DNA of 64,000 bases from Macrostomum lignano (taxonomy: Eukaryota): NCBI GenBank assembly GCA_002269645.1, contig NIVC01000462.1, positions 153,516 to 217,515 of the forward strand, in the 5' to 3' direction. The position numbers and the translations under genes are program-made. Under the pieces are notes generated by a model. It saw only the letters and a list, made by a program, of their open reading frames with translations. It had not been told where the DNA came from and made no database searches. Position 1 is the stretch's first letter, and every line of letters starts with the position of its first letter. Shown here in pieces: positions 62,005-64,000 of the stretch.

Positions 62005-64000
62005 TTAAATGGCTAGGCCTACCCTAGCTTAGTAACTTAATCAATTGCATCATTAGTGGCTACTAAAAAGTAGGCCTATATAACTATGATAATTATATTG
62101 TTTAAAAAACATATAATTTGCATTAATTAGGCCTATGCTTCTTTATTTTGGCCACATGTCTTTTGACTTTAAGAAAAAGATAGAAAAAACTTTTTATAAT
62201 TAGCTTGATTATAGAGGCCTAGAATTTGCATTTATTTTATAAAAATCAGTTGGTTTATTATTAGACTAAAGTTGTTTGTTCCTCTAGCTCTTCAACCAAG
62301 CAGCTGTCATCAACCAATTTTGCTATTCTATTGATTTGAACATTTATTATATTAGAAAGACTAAATAGCATCTATACTAGAACTACAAAATTATATAGAA
62401 CACAAACTAAAAAAAGTTATACTGTTTGACTAAGACCATTTCTAATTGTCAAATATGCTGTCACTGAAATGATAGAAAGTTTTAGAATATTTCGATGCCT
62501 ATAAAATGAGTCTATTCTAAACTTAAATTGATTGAAGCATTGTATATAAAAGTGTTTAAGCTGATGCTTAATATCCAATTGATAAGTAGGATAGGAAAGA
62601 TAGAATATGAGCTCAAAGTGCTCTAATAGTATACTCTCTTTATACTAGCTAGACTGACTTGACTTATACTTGGGCTATATACTTTTGCATTAAAAACTGC
62701 TTGTATGCTGTTTTAATTCCTCTTTTACTTTACCAATATGTAATCCATATGAACTATTAGCAATTACCTTTAAGCAGCTCTAAGCAGCCATATATTATTT
62801 AGTAACTACTCAAAAAGGCCAGGCTATTATAGCTGAATGCCTACCTTCATAAGGCATAAAAAGAGCAAGTTCAAATCCCAAAGGGCCTTTTCCCAATATT
62901 TGCTAACCTAGAATAGCTACCCAATATGTTAAAAGTTCTCTTATTTATTTGATGCAACTTTTATATATCCAAGATTAAAAATAAAAAATATTTTTAATGA
63001 TTCAATATGCTTAATACTAATCGATTCATGCTATTGTTTTTTTATTTTTTAAGTAATATTTTATTCCATTTTTGTAAAAACAAAAAAACTAAATTATCCT
63101 TAAGAAAATCTATGAAAACAGCTTCAAAGAATCAAAGTACTATATTACCATATCTTTAAAAGTAATATAGTTCTATACATAATAGCTGAAGAAATATATT
63201 TTAAATATTTTTCAGATTTGAAAAGCTGTTTGTATAATATAAATTAAAAATATAAACAGTTTTTTAGAAAAAACTAATATTGTTATAATAACTAATTTAT
63301 CTAATCCAATTCTCCTATAATTAAAGTTTTACAATTTTGCATGGTCATTTAAGGTAGCTAGTACAATAAAAATGATAATATAAAATTTTAAAGCAATTAA
63401 CATTTTAACAATTTTATTGGACAAAAGTGAAGTTTATCCAATATTTGATTAAATATGTGAGTTTGATTTATTCTTAACTCACATTTGACTATAGACTATG
63501 ATTAGGTAGGAAAAGTTGATTTAGTCAAATGCCATATCCTAGGTTTTTTAGGCCATACAGTAGCCACCGGCTACCCAAAAAAGCCATTGGCAACTAGATT
63601 TTAGGTATCAGAGACCAATCTTCATTTTAACTTCATTTTATCCATGCCAGTTGCCAATTTCAAAAATTGTTTTTGTAAGTGTAATAAAAGTGCCATATGA
63701 ATTGATATTATATGATGGAATTGTTAGGCCCTAGTTTGTTACTGTTATTGTCAGTATAACATGTACATATTACTCGAAATTTAGTGTCTTGGAAATATTC
63801 ATCCTCGAGAATTTGGCTAGGCCTAGTTGCAAATGGGCAACCAAAAATAGCCATTGGCAACTGGATTTTGAGCCCCAAGGGCCAGCTGGCAACTGGATTT
63901 CCAACCTTAAAAAACCCAGTGCCATATATTTTAGCCTTTCTGTGTCTTGATTTTAGTCCAAATGAATTAAATTTAGTTGAATTTCAAGGAAAGGATCAAG

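Noticed and set aside
63520-63930. Repeated gccattggcaact(a/g)gatttt motifs as a MITE
   Set aside because: Direct and inverted copies are visible, but the ends and TSD cannot be defined, possibly because it is cut by the window edge.

Overview
Animal genomic DNA with GT-AG introns, SINEs, LINEs and microsatellites. The gene content and repeat landscape suggest an invertebrate, possibly a Macrostomum-like flatworm; this is inference only. From 6.8 to 43 kb there is a minus-strand tandem array of small two-exon genes encoding signal peptide + WSC domain (exon 1) and a PAN/Apple-like domain (exon 2). It has 7 apparently intact copies and 5 broken copies. The WSC exon carries hypervariable patches, while part of the PAN exon is near-identical even at synonymous sites. 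The array is interleaved with segmental duplications, RNase H-bearing LINE fragments, Gypsy remnants, two tRNA-derived SINE families, MITEs and many mini/microsatellites. From 46.3 to 59.4 kb there is a 9-exon minus-strand kinesin-14 (KIFC3-like) gene whose N-terminus has a myristoylation-type start and a CUE/UBA-like segment. Its second coding intron hosts an antisense two-exon pannexin/innexin-family gene with a C-terminal 11-residue repeat tail. From 60 to 64 kb the sequence is AT-rich, CpG-poor and non-coding, with a cluster of TAGGCCTA palindromes. All exon boundaries and counts were made by hand.
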